64,000 bases of DNA from Candidatus Neptunichlamydia sp. (GTDB lineage Bacteria; Chlamydiota; Chlamydiia; Chlamydiales; Simkaniaceae), in NCBI GenBank assembly GCA_965233865.1, contig OZ247587.1:1344001-1408000 (forward strand), written 5' to 3'. Below, one piece after another: positions 40,201-49,118 of the stretch. The notes below the pieces were generated by a model. It was not told where the DNA came from. It worked only from the letters and a program-made list of their open reading frames with translations, and did no database searches. Numbering within the stretch: position 1 is the stretch's first letter; every line of letters begins with the position of its first letter. A program made the position numbers and the translations under genes.

Positions 40201-40353
40201 CACACTGCGCCGCTGAGGCCTGAGGGCTTTTTCCTGATATTCCTCATGCTTGATTGTAGCTAGATACCACACACGAAGCGTGATCATTAAGAACGCAATT
40301 AAAAGTAAATGCAAAACAGAATTAGCTTTGTGAGGAATATCGCGAGCACTCAT
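37240..40353 (-). CDS. pbp2: Penicillin-binding protein 2 (long chlamydial class B PBP)
   Basis: N-terminal TM, RGTIRDR, RYYPQG, GKTGIE, SxxK (GSLFK), SSN, AIGQ, GKTST. 1037 aa with large insertions. Confidence 0.93.
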   Translation of the reverse strand: MSARDIPHKANSVLHLLLIAFLMITLRVWYLATIKHEEYQEKALRPQRRSVMEPAARGTIRDRFNTPLVINKVQYNAAVCFDRIREIPLVTWERKGRKKAKIYERRRYVEKLAKMLGKALEMDPVGIEDLIYSQASIFPNTPFTIKEDLSENLYYRLRLLEKDWTGLAMQRAAKRYYPQGKVGSDILGYMGAINQRQYIAIAQEIEELSLFLEKREEGLPIPLPKGFFSSHDVELRLLELREKAYTIHAHVGKTGIERKFDEALRGSYGKREVELGARGRFIRNLPGGKEADSGERILLTISSELQAYAEELLTLNEQDRERHFAQAGKGHDQIPSPWIKGGAIVAMVPSTGEVVALASYPRFDPNDFNLTDKDRHEKTQAILKWLESPRHVGAIWDGLSLMERDWVTYSEKEFLSWDHFLNHVLSNTCQVKKALKKIPNVYESVHLQHVLGAIHKVMGSETVEETINALYGGEVPPLVQEMRKEIDPILTPIKHNLDKLLFLDLLRLIANGKDFSKPHLELVKHLSLSRYRELTQAFVLLKKEIKERVETLYHERMFPLWRTKHFKAYLKEKREEEKKRKTYPHPYTDYLAEAEKTLFSEFWDKHQWKFFDAFIYDNVSKDLDLQPFLFHLALTSKEAKGKLLESLDLVRAKKVPFKLMTTFRSFNELSDPLWGRYYALRSKTLQGLAGSFYPRNGFGHGKSYAYGRSTPIGSLFKVVTGYEALKQIYQCGLPSLEILDEINTNITTENGIVLGRHLDGSLITRHYKGGRLPRSHSSLGRVDFGTAMERSSNIYFSLLAGEVINHPAELQKTTEHFGFGKPTGIDLYGETGGYVPDDLRDNRTGLYSFAIGQHSLVVTPLQTAGMLTAIGNGGAILKPQIVKMRASPKGVKETEREVRRVIDMPTKVRMDLMEGMRRVVMGAKGPVQPYRIRALYEHPKWIPEYKALQDQFIGKTSTAEFVYRPTLDREGGPLICKDIWFGTLSFKEGDDYRIDMPELSVVVYLKFGDYGKEAAPLAAQVIKKWREINSRDYHTEP

Positions 40354-40587
40354 AACTCAACGATAGCAAATCCCTATTGATAGGATCAACCACTGATTAG
40401 ATAAGGATAAAAGCAGTTGTAATTAGCGATAAAAATACTCGATTGTTTCGTTCTTGTTTGAGTCCTGGTGCAACCTTTTTGCAACTCCCGATGTTCTCTT
40501 TGGAAGATGATTTAAGTGTATTCCACATACTAAAATAGACTAAGACAAGAAGCTAACGCAGCTGATATTAAGTTTCAGTGAACAGGC

Positions 40588-41148
40588 TTACTTGAAGATT
40601 AGCTCGTATCCGATATATTTATCATAATCAAAACCCTCGTGCATGTCTTTTGTAGGAATAAACCCAAGTGCCTCTAAAAAACATTAACTCGCCTTATTTA
40701 GTACACGAGTCACTGCTACTATTCTCTCTACATCAGGAAGGTTTTCAAGCACAATATTAGCTGCCATTCTTCCTATTTCTAACCGCATATAATCTGGAGA
40801 AATTGCCATCTGGCGCACATACACTTTAGGAAAATCTTTAAGTTCTAAAATAAGAAACTCAATTACCTCTTCACCATTTTTTATAATTAGCCAATGGATA
40901 CTTTTTTTTTCATTGTTCCAAAGTTTTTGTTCATCAGCAATAGCCTCTTGTAAAAATGTTTCAACACTCTCTAAACCCAGTTCATTAGGAGTAGAGTTGT
41001 TATATGCATACCTAAAGGTCTGAATAAAAAGATCATCTATCAGGTGAAAGTCTTCTTTGTGATCCCATTCAAGAGAATAGGTTCCAACCTGTTCGTCTTG
41101 AAAGTTCCAAGCTGATAGCACCGAGCATGTGAATAATAAATAAAACAT
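40588..41148 (-). pseudogene. Secreted GNAT-family acetyltransferase with an in-frame stop
   Basis: Signal-like N-terminus and motif A (VRQMAISPDYMRLEIG). TAA at 40684 falls inside motif B: NKAS*CFLEALGF. The frame continues to a TAA at 40588. Confidence 0.75.
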
Positions 41149-41197
41149 TCAATTCATATTAAAAATATTTTAAAAACTGCTTTAATATTAACCACCA

Positions 41198-42136
41198 TCA
41201 CTTTTTATACTTTCTCATCAATATTTTTGCTAGATCATTCCAAATATCTAAAACTTCACTTTCATAGAATTTTTCTATACAATCGATTTTATTAAAGCAC
41301 TCAACCTTATTGATAGCATTGCCCAACTGGGATTGCACTGTTCGATATGAGGTTGAAACAATTGTTGCAATTTGTTTTGCACTGAAACCGTATAGGTTAA
41401 GAGATAAACACTCTAACTCTCTTTTTGTTAATTTATTTGATATATTTTTTAATCTTTCAGTAATAAGCTGTTCACTATTGTATAATTTATATTCTTCTTT
41501 GTAACTTTCATTTTTAACAAAAACCCCAAGGTTTTGATAGATGTCTTGCATATCTATTGTTGAGCAATATGCTGACAGTTTCCTTTTAGCATTGTAACTT
41601 ATAAAAACATTAACATTATAATTAACTTTTTTAAATATAATGTTTGATTTTTCTAAAATATCTATATATTGATAGCTAAAAAAATCCGTAAAATTCTCTT
41701 TTTTTATATGTTTAGGTATTCCATTGTATACGGCTTCAAAATTCCAAACAGAAATATACTGAGTGTCTTGCTGTTTTAAGTCTAATAGATCGATTCTGAT
41801 ATCTTTGAACAAAGATCTATATAATTCATGCATTTTTTTTAATTTTTCTATTCCAATATAACTACCCGTAATAGGAGAGGAATAAAAAATTTCAGGAGAA
41901 ACATGATCTTTTATTAAAGTCTCGTTTAGATGTTTTTCAACCCAAAAAGCCTCTGATAATTCTAGGATATCTTTTGAAATAATAGGTCCGCTACGTGGTG
42001 CATTTTTTGGTTGACTTGCTGATCTTATTCGATTGCATCTTGACCACCCTTCTAATTCATTTTCCAACAATGCTATAACCTTGAAGGAAATTCTCAGCCT
42101 CAGTGATCGAGTAACATCAGATGTAAAGGAATCCAT
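41198..42136 (-). CDS. SnoaL/NTF2-like domain + LuxR C-terminal HTH regulator (true start probably near 41980; may be 5'-damaged)
   Basis: LTKRELECL...GFSAKQIA...SYRTVQSQL (GerE-type HTH). Upstream YSSPITG..GIEKLK...SLFKDI...WNFEA resembles an ester-cyclase fold. Very AT-rich. Confidence 0.75.
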   Translation of the reverse strand: MDSFTSDVTRSLRLRISFKVIALLENELEGWSRCNRIRSASQPKNAPRSGPIISKDILELSEAFWVEKHLNETLIKDHVSPEIFYSSPITGSYIGIEKLKKMHELYRSLFKDIRIDLLDLKQQDTQYISVWNFEAVYNGIPKHIKKENFTDFFSYQYIDILEKSNIIFKKVNYNVNVFISYNAKRKLSAYCSTIDMQDIYQNLGVFVKNESYKEEYKLYNSEQLITERLKNISNKLTKRELECLSLNLYGFSAKQIATIVSTSYRTVQSQLGNAINKVECFNKIDCIEKFYESEVLDIWNDLAKILMRKYKK

Positions 42137-42640
42137 TGGTAAAATAAGTTCAAGTCAATCATTGACTGTTGAGGATAAAGAAGGGATAGAAGAAGTCTCT
42201 CAAATAGTTCAAGAATTGCAGGACATGTGTCTTCAAGCTCTAAATCAAGTAATTAATATTAAATCGTTTATAGAATCTTAAAAGCTAGATGTTATAGATC
42301 GAAATTTGGCATTAATAGCTTCAATTAGGCTGGAGCAAGTAAGGGATGTAAAAGAAAAAATAGGTGTTTTACAAAAGCAATATACTAGCGAAATTAATTT
42401 GAGCCTTCAATTTCAAAAACAAGCTATGCAAAAAGATGCTGCGCAAATAGAAAGCATCATGAAGATGGATGACCTAGAAACGGCTAAGAGAGATCAGGAT
42501 CTTCATCATCAAGTTATAAAAATTGCACAAGAGATTCAGCAGAAAAATGTGCTTAGAAGGTTAAACGAAGAGAGGGAAACAAGACAGTGAGAGTTTCAAG
42601 CAGAGAAACATAGCCTTCTAGAGGAAATTGATTGAAGCCA
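42033..42640 (+). pseudogene. Coiled-coil protein remnant with nonsense codons, ending at the IS5 insertion
   Basis: ORFs 42033-42281 and 42306-42590 share a frame, separated by one TAA. After the TGA at 42588 the frame continues EFQAEKHSLLEEID. Confidence 0.6.
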
Positions 42641-42642
42641 TA

Positions 42643-43485
42643 GGTTGTGTTGAGAAATTTACTTTAACCATTGGAGAGCCGCGATAAAATGAAGGAATGC
42701 CTTGAACCTTGATGCTAACTTCTCGAACCGAGAAAACAATCGTCTATAATGTTTGAGGAAGCCAAATAAACATTCGATTTTGTGTCGTTCTTTATATATG
42801 TCTTTATCATGCTCTCGATGATCAATGCGATTTTTCTTTGAGGGAATGATGGCAACAGCTCCGATGCTCTTTACATGATCAATGATTGCATTGCTGTCGT
42901 AGCCTTTGTCAGCCAATAACCCTTTGTAATCCCTACCCTTGAGCAAAGGAATAGCTTGATGACAATCAGCTGCTTGACCACCTGTTAAAATAAAATCAAG
43001 TGGATTACCTAATGCATCACAGATACTATGAATTTTAGTCGTAAAACCTCCACAAGATCGACCTAAGGCCTGCTCGTTTTGACCTCCGGTTTTTTTTTAT
43101 TGGCTCCTGCGGCACAGGCATGAGCGCGGAGGACTGTACTGTCGATCATAATATATTCCATGTCTGGATCATTTGAAAAATAGTAGAGCATCTTGTACCA
43201 CACACCATGTTCAGCCCAGTCTGCAAAACGATGATAGACGGCATTCCAGTCTCCATATTCCTTTGGTAGCAAACGCCATTGTGCTCCGCTCTTGGCAATC
43301 CAAAATACAGCCTCTACAAAGCAACGAGTTTTCTCTTTGTTATTTGTGTGTATTTTGGGGTAATTACTCAGATATTCGTAAAGTTTCGACCAGGCGTGGT
43401 CATTTATTTTATGCGGGTATAGCATATAGACCTCCTTCTTCAGGAAGTCAGCTTGCACCACTCATGGAAATTTCTCAACACAACC
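42643..43485 (-). mobile_element. IS5-family (IS427-like) insertion sequence, 843 bp, apparently intact
   Basis: Perfect 18-bp terminal IRs ggttgtgttgagaaattt (42643-42660) and aaatttctcaacacaacc (43468-43485), flanked by TA on both sides. Confidence 0.95.
42659..43425 (-). CDS. IS5-family transposase, two ORFs joined by a -1 frameshift at an A9 run
   Basis: OrfA: GAQWRLLP.EYG.W, IDSTVLRAH. Sense-strand A9 at 43090-43098 shifts into ALGRSCGGFTTKIH...ADKGYD...YKERHKIEC.F..LK. Confidence 0.92.
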
Positions 43486-43530
43486 TATGCCTATGGCCTC
43501 TCAAAAGGGGTTTAGTAAAAAGGAGTAAAA

Positions 43531-45029
43531 ATGTTGTCATGTATTGGGGCTGTAGGAGGTTTGCTTACAGTCAAAAAATATCAAAATCTATGTGAAAAAG
43601 TAGGGGAAGAAGCAAGTGCAACTGTTCGAGTCGCAGGAAGAGAAGTCCGCTCTACGATGGAGAAAGGAGAGAAAATTGCTAATCGTCTTTTAAATGTTTG
43701 TGAACGCAACGTAGATACGTGCTTAGAAAAAATGAGAAAAAATGCTTCTGAAGTCATAGAATTAGGTGGTATTGAAGCAAGGTACACACTTGAGAATTCT
43801 CTTTTAGATGCAAGGCTGAAAACAGGGCAAGTTATAACCCAAACGGGAACAGAGGTTTGCAAAGCATCTTTTTTATTAAACCAGGATATTCAACAGACTG
43901 TAGATTCTACCGCGGACCAAATAAACCTTTTGATGCAAAACGGAGAGGCAAGAATAAAAAATATCTTGCAAGAAGGAGATCAACACGGAGAATCTTTAAT
44001 TAAGAGCATTGATCAGGTGATCGTCCAAAACATAGCAGAAGTAAAAAAGCATCTTCTTGATTTGGCAAATGAATGTAATCGGTTACTATGTGGAATTATT
44101 TTGAATATAGGAGCGGAAGGGCGATTACTTATTCGAGATACGGGTAAGGAAATATCTATATGTGCGGATCATGCTTTATCTAAGGCTTTTGAAGGGCAAC
44201 AAATGATTGTTGAGTGTTTTGGAGAAGAAGCTAGGTTTTCAATTGCTGCGTTTGGACAAGAGATGAGATCTACTTTGTACGAAATTCCCTACCTTGCAAA
44301 TGTAACGGCTGAACAGATAGGAAAAGGAATTATTTCTGGATTAAAAGAGGGCCTTTTAGGAGAATCTTTATTAGGTAATCTTAAGAAAGAGATGGGTAGA
44401 ATTTTCCAATCTTCAAATAAAATTTCTATTGATTTCATTCTGAAATTCCTTATTGAGCAAGATCAAAAAGAATTGACTCCTGTGAGCAAAGTTCAACTTT
44501 ATATAAACCTAATTCATACTTGCAATAGTCTTAATCGCTTTCCTAATGAGGAAATGAAAAAACATGCTTTTATATTGATTGTTCAAACAGCATTAAAAGA
44601 CCCTATTCTCAGCAGAAGCGCTCGTAGTTGGATTGGGTGGATGCAGCCTACAAACTATCCGCAGCAAGTTATTGATGCCATTCCTGGTGAAAATCTTCGA
44701 AAATCCCTAAAATCTAAAGACATATATATATATTATTTGAACGCCAAGTAAAAGTTGTAGAAGGAACAGAAAAAGATGATTTGATACAAGAAAATAAGGA
44801 TCTTAAAAGGGCTTTAAAAGATAAAGATTTGCAGCTTGCCCTTTCTGTTAACAAGTTTATGCAGGAAAGAGCCCGCTTGGAAAAGGTAGAAAAAGATTAT
44901 GATGAATTACAGCAATTGATGCAGAAACAAAGAATGAGAGAAGCTCAGCTAGCACAATCCCAGAGACAATTAAACATACCACAACCTATTAAAACTCGTA
45001 GAGAACTTTATAAATCTGTATATACTTAA
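43531..45029 (+). pseudogene. Helical-repeat/coiled-coil protein split by a frameshift in an (AT)6 tract
   Basis: AGGAG RBS and a 406-aa ORF with repeated GxEARxT/GxEVRS motifs. Removing one AT unit from 44722-44733 fuses it to the 44781-45029 ORF via LFERQVKVVEGTEKDD. Confidence 0.7.
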
Positions 45030-45270
45030 ATCTTTTGTAAACAAGGAGAAAATTACGTCTCTTTTATTTTAGAACAAGCCATCCATCCCAAATACAGTTC
45101 TACAGTGAAAAGCAATTCTAAGAAGCAAGATGAGCAAATAGCTGCAAAGGAAGGCTACGAAAACTTGCCCCTACTTTCACTCAGGTCTCTAAGGGCTTCT
45201 GAAAATGCAGCATAAGTTGCTCGTAACAAAGAGAGACAAGTGACTTCAACGGTACTGGGCTTACGTACAC

Positions 45271-45759
45271 CTAGTTTGAATAGGGGCTCTTAGAGGAGGA
45301 CGAATTGCCAGGGTAACTATAACTTTCACCATAAGGACTTTGTTGCTGTCCTTGCTGCGAGCTGTTTGATTGGTTTTGACGCGCATTCTTCATGATGACT
45401 TCCACTGCTGCATCAGGAGTAATCTGAGGTTGGCCACGCGTAGCTCCTTGGGCTCCAGAATTCACCAGAGTCATCGCTTCAATCCTTTGAGAGACGGAAA
45501 AGTGACGGCAAAACATGGTGCGATGCATATCGCTGAGCTGCATTGCAAATTGCTGTTCTTGTTGGGAAAGGTGAGAGCAGTCCGATGGAATAGCATTTTG
45601 CTGCTGAGGTATTTGCTGATTCTGCTGCCCTTGCTGCCCATATTGACTGTAGGAATCGTAAGAATTATTCGATGACCCGGGTGATGAATATGAGCCATAC
45701 TGAGCATAGGCTGTAGATATTCCTAATACAAGCAATAGGGATCCTAAAACTTTTTTCAT
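45271..45759 (-). CDS. Secreted Gln/Ser/Tyr-rich hypothetical protein
   Basis: Signal peptide ending AYA, low-complexity flanks around a two-Cys core (CSHLSQQEQQFA...MFCRHFS), upstream AGGAGG RBS. Confidence 0.8.
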   Translation of the reverse strand: MKKVLGSLLLVLGISTAYAQYGSYSSPGSSNNSYDSYSQYGQQGQQNQQIPQQQNAIPSDCSHLSQQEQQFAMQLSDMHRTMFCRHFSVSQRIEAMTLVNSGAQGATRGQPQITPDAAVEVIMKNARQNQSNSSQQGQQQSPYGESYSYPGNSSSSKSPYSN

Positions 45760-45839
45760 TGAGGTAACCTCCTAGTTATATTTTTGGAATAGCACAAGTA
45801 TATGGATTATAAAAGCAATTTTTTCTATATACCATTTGT

Positions 45840-46352
45840 ATGAGTGAACGACCCTTAGAATGCAGTCAGTGCAAACGGAACGCTGATGTCATTTATAGCG
45901 AGATGGTAGAAGATATTGTCACAACTACGGAAATGTGTCGTGATTGCCCCGTATTAAAGCTAAAACTCCAGGGGAAAATCCCTAATGAGGCAACTCCCAA
46001 AAAAGAGGAAGGATTTTGTTGTAGCAATTGCCATACTTTGCTTGAATCTGTTCTCATGGGAGAGCCTCTGGGATGCAAAGAATGTTACGCCATTTTTCAA
46101 GATGTGCTAGTTGATCAACTCCTTGAGACACAACTGATTTCTCCTCGATTAAAACCGAACCTTGCCAGCCCTGTTCCAACATTGCACATTGGCAGGACCC
46201 CTCATTTCGATGAAAAAACTCAAAATATAAGCCGCATTCGGGGCTTGAATGAATCACTCAGTGAAGCCCTAAGTGGAGAAAATTATGAAGAAGCAGCATG
46301 GCTTCGAGATCAAATCAATGCCCTCACGGAAATAAAAGATGACAGAGTCTAG
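45840..46352 (+). CDS. mcsA: McsA-like protein (UVR domain)
   Basis: Four CxxC motifs and C-terminal ENYEEAAWLRDQI. Upstream of mcsB. Confidence 0.9.
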   Translation: MSERPLECSQCKRNADVIYSEMVEDIVTTTEMCRDCPVLKLKLQGKIPNEATPKKEEGFCCSNCHTLLESVLMGEPLGCKECYAIFQDVLVDQLLETQLISPRLKPNLASPVPTLHIGRTPHFDEKTQNISRIRGLNESLSEALSGENYEEAAWLRDQINALTEIKDDRV

Positions 46353-47400
46353 TCCTTTTCAAACATTAAAAGAGCATAGCATTTGGGAGAAAAGTGATAC
46401 TCCCATCTGGATGGCTTCTAGCTTTTTCTTGCAGCGGAACCTTTCGTCTGCGCTGTTCCCTCAAAAAATGAAAGTGGCTGACTCCCTTCAGATCTTGACG
46501 ACTCTAAAGCAAGCTTTGCTCAGATCTCCTTCTTTAAGTGCTCCCTCATTTTTTCAAATGGAAGAGTTAAAGACTGCAGAACGAGAATTCATTCTAGAGC
46601 ATTTTCTTGCAACAAACGAGTTTCAAAATCCTGAATGCAAATCAGGTGTTGTTATTGACACTACGGGAACCTTTCTGGCAATGATCAATGGCGAAGATCA
46701 CCTCACTCTCCACTCTATTGAATTCCATTCAGCATGGAAAGAAGCATGGAAAAAACTCGCTGAAGTCGAAGCAGAACTTGCTGAAAACCATTCCTTTGCT
46801 TATTCACATAAATTTGGATATCTTACATCACACATTTCTAATTCAGGAACTGCCTTGACTGTTCAAGCCTTCCTCCATCTTCCCTGCCTGATAGGGCTTG
46901 ATCAAATCGACGACGTCCTAGTAGGCGAGCTTGATGAAGAGGTTCAAGCAAGTGGTCTAACAGGAACCGATGAATTTGTTGGTGATATCGTCATCATTCA
47001 AAACTGCTTTACATTAGGACTGACTGAAGACCACATCTTAGAAGGAATCCATAAGACCGCAACAAAGCTTGTGAGTCATGAGAAAGTCCTCCGTACTCAA
47101 CTTCTTGACACTCCTGATACCCTCATCGTTGATAAAATCAGTCGCGCCATTGGACTTCTCAAGCATTCCTTTCAAATAGAAACCAAAGAAGCCTTGAATG
47201 CTCTCAGCTTTATCAAGCTCGGGATTGATCTCAAATGGATTGATGGCCTCACTGATCAAGATCTCAATGGAATTTTCTTTGAAGTCCGGCGTGGTCATCT
47301 CTCCCTTTCCTTAAATGAGAAAATTTCTAAAGAAAAGCTCGCTCAAAAACGGGCAGAGTTTTTACAATCGGTTCTAAAACCCATATCGATTAAATTATGA
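46339..47400 (+). CDS. mcsB: Protein-arginine kinase McsB-like (ATP:guanido phosphotransferase fold)
   Basis: INGEDHL, FAYSHKFGYLTS, LHLPCL, TLGLTE, SRAIGLL, RAEFL. Confidence 0.88.
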   Translation: MTESSPFQTLKEHSIWEKSDTPIWMASSFFLQRNLSSALFPQKMKVADSLQILTTLKQALLRSPSLSAPSFFQMEELKTAEREFILEHFLATNEFQNPECKSGVVIDTTGTFLAMINGEDHLTLHSIEFHSAWKEAWKKLAEVEAELAENHSFAYSHKFGYLTSHISNSGTALTVQAFLHLPCLIGLDQIDDVLVGELDEEVQASGLTGTDEFVGDIVIIQNCFTLGLTEDHILEGIHKTATKLVSHEKVLRTQLLDTPDTLIVDKISRAIGLLKHSFQIETKEALNALSFIKLGIDLKWIDGLTDQDLNGIFFEVRRGHLSLSLNEKISKEKLAQKRAEFLQSVLKPISIKL

Positions 47401-48701
47401 TCACTGCAATTCTTTTAATGGGAGGGACAGGAGAGCGTTTTGGAAGCGAGACTCCGAAGCAATTCCTCAACCTTTCAGGCAAAAAAATTTATCTCCATAC
47501 GCTTGATGCTTTTATTGCTTTTTCAGAATTTCAGGCAATTCTACTCGTCTGCCACCCTGACCATATTGAAGCCGTGCAAGCCGAAGCCACAAACTCTCGG
47601 GTCCGCGTCATACCAGGGGGGTATTCTCGGCAAGATTCCACCTATCAAGGACTCCTAGCGTGCCCTATTGAAACAACCCATGTTGTGATCCATGATGCTA
47701 TCCGCCCCTTTATCTCCTCTGAAATCATCCAAGATAACCTGAATGCCCTCAAAAAACACGACGCTGTTGACACCTGCATTCCTTCTGCTGACACCATTGT
47801 TTATGCAGAAAATATTGAGACCATTACCTCTATTCCCAATCGCAATCACTATCTACGCGGCCAAACTCCTCAAAGCTTTGCCTACCCTCTCCTCCTTGAG
47901 GCTCACGAAAAGCATACCCACCATGAAGCCTCTGATGATTGCCGCCTCGTGCTTGACTTAGGAATCCCCGTACATATCGTCTCGGGTTCCGAAGATAATA
48001 TAAAAATTACCAACGAGATCGATCTCTTTCTAGCAGAACAACTCATGCAACGCAAAAAACGCTCCCTTCCGCAAACGCTCACCTCTTTAAAAGGTAAAAC
48101 GTTTGCTGTTGCTGGGGGGACAGGAGGTATTGGTTCAGCCCTTGTAACCCTTCTCAAAAAAGAGGGCGCTACCCCACTCATTCTATCTAAATCTTCCAAG
48201 TCGAACCCTATTGACCTCACGAACTTTGCTGCTACTGAGGTGCTCTTTAAATCCCTTGGCCCGATTGATGGTCTCATCAATTGTGTAGGCTATCTATCCA
48301 TCAAACCCTTCCACTCCCTTTCTTCAGAAGAAATCGATCATCTCATCTCCACCAACCTCCACTCCCTGCTTTACAGCTGCCGCTGCGCGCAGGTCAAACC
48401 AGGTGGCCATATTATCAATCTCTCCTCTTCCTCCTTCTCTCGCGGAAGAAAATCCTACACCCTTTATTCTTCAGCGAAAGCAGCTATTGTTAACTTTACT
48501 CAAGGACTGGCCGACGAGTGCCCTGATCTCCATATCAACGCGATCGTCCCACAACGAACTGCCACCCCCATGCGTTCCAAAAACTTCCCTAATGAAGACA
48601 ATGCGTCCCTTCTCTCTCCCTTAGAGGTTTCCCAAGAGATTCTCAACCTTCTCAAACATACCGGTACAACAGCAGCCCTTTTCGAAGTACGCAAAAACTA
48701 A
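47397..48701 (+). CDS. Bifunctional IspD/TarI-type cytidylyltransferase + SDR reductase (Bcs1/Acs1-like CDP-ribitol synthase)
   Basis: N-terminal LMGGTGERFG..PKQF, RQDS, HDAIRPF, QTPQ, NIKIT. C-terminal GGTGGIG, YSSAKAAIVNFTQ, RTATPMR. Confidence 0.85.
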   Translation: MITAILLMGGTGERFGSETPKQFLNLSGKKIYLHTLDAFIAFSEFQAILLVCHPDHIEAVQAEATNSRVRVIPGGYSRQDSTYQGLLACPIETTHVVIHDAIRPFISSEIIQDNLNALKKHDAVDTCIPSADTIVYAENIETITSIPNRNHYLRGQTPQSFAYPLLLEAHEKHTHHEASDDCRLVLDLGIPVHIVSGSEDNIKITNEIDLFLAEQLMQRKKRSLPQTLTSLKGKTFAVAGGTGGIGSALVTLLKKEGATPLILSKSSKSNPIDLTNFAATEVLFKSLGPIDGLINCVGYLSIKPFHSLSSEEIDHLISTNLHSLLYSCRCAQVKPGGHIINLSSSSFSRGRKSYTLYSSAKAAIVNFTQGLADECPDLHINAIVPQRTATPMRSKNFPNEDNASLLSPLEVSQEILNLLKHTGTTAALFEVRKN

Positions 48702-48857
48702 ACAACGCCTTGCCTACAAATCGAGGGGTCGATTTGAAATCGATGGAAGTGTAATAATGATCGGAGAAGGCAAGATTTGCTCTCAGGAGAAGATAGAGAT
48801 TAAGCCTGAGGAAACAATGGCTACAAAAGTGACAATTTTTGAATTTGAAGGTGTCAG

Positions 48858-49118
48858 ATGAAAAGCGCCTATCAGAGTAAATCTTGTCTATTACAAATTA
48901 TCGGACTGCTCTACATAGGGGTTACGCCACTATCTGCAAATGAGGCATTTTCCAAGATTCGTTTGACAGGTTTATATGATGAGTTCAATGGATCTGAACC
49001 ATTTGCTCCTCATAGGTATTGCGTAACTGCCAGACCAGACCGGTATGGAGCCAATACAATCACATGGGTTTCTGCTATGTTGATTGCAGAATACACAAAT
49101 ACACCCCTATATAGCTAA
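48858..49118 (+). pseudogene. Signal-peptide protein truncated by the IS630 insertion
   Basis: Signal-like N-terminus; the stop codon is supplied by the IS630 terminus at 49116-49118. Confidence 0.55.

Noticed and set aside
41990..42136. N-terminal extension of the LuxR ORF as real coding sequence
   Set aside because: It overlaps a + strand coiled-coil remnant and differs in composition from the rest of the gene, so it is probably a chance open frame.
45030..45270. Possible sRNA or gene remnant between convergent genes
   Set aside because: No convincing ORF, repeat or stable structure was visible by eye.
48717..48736. Hairpin caaatcga-gggg-tcgatttg as an intrinsic terminator
   Set aside because: Well placed after the cytidylyltransferase gene, but the stem is AT-rich and there is no U-tract beyond it.
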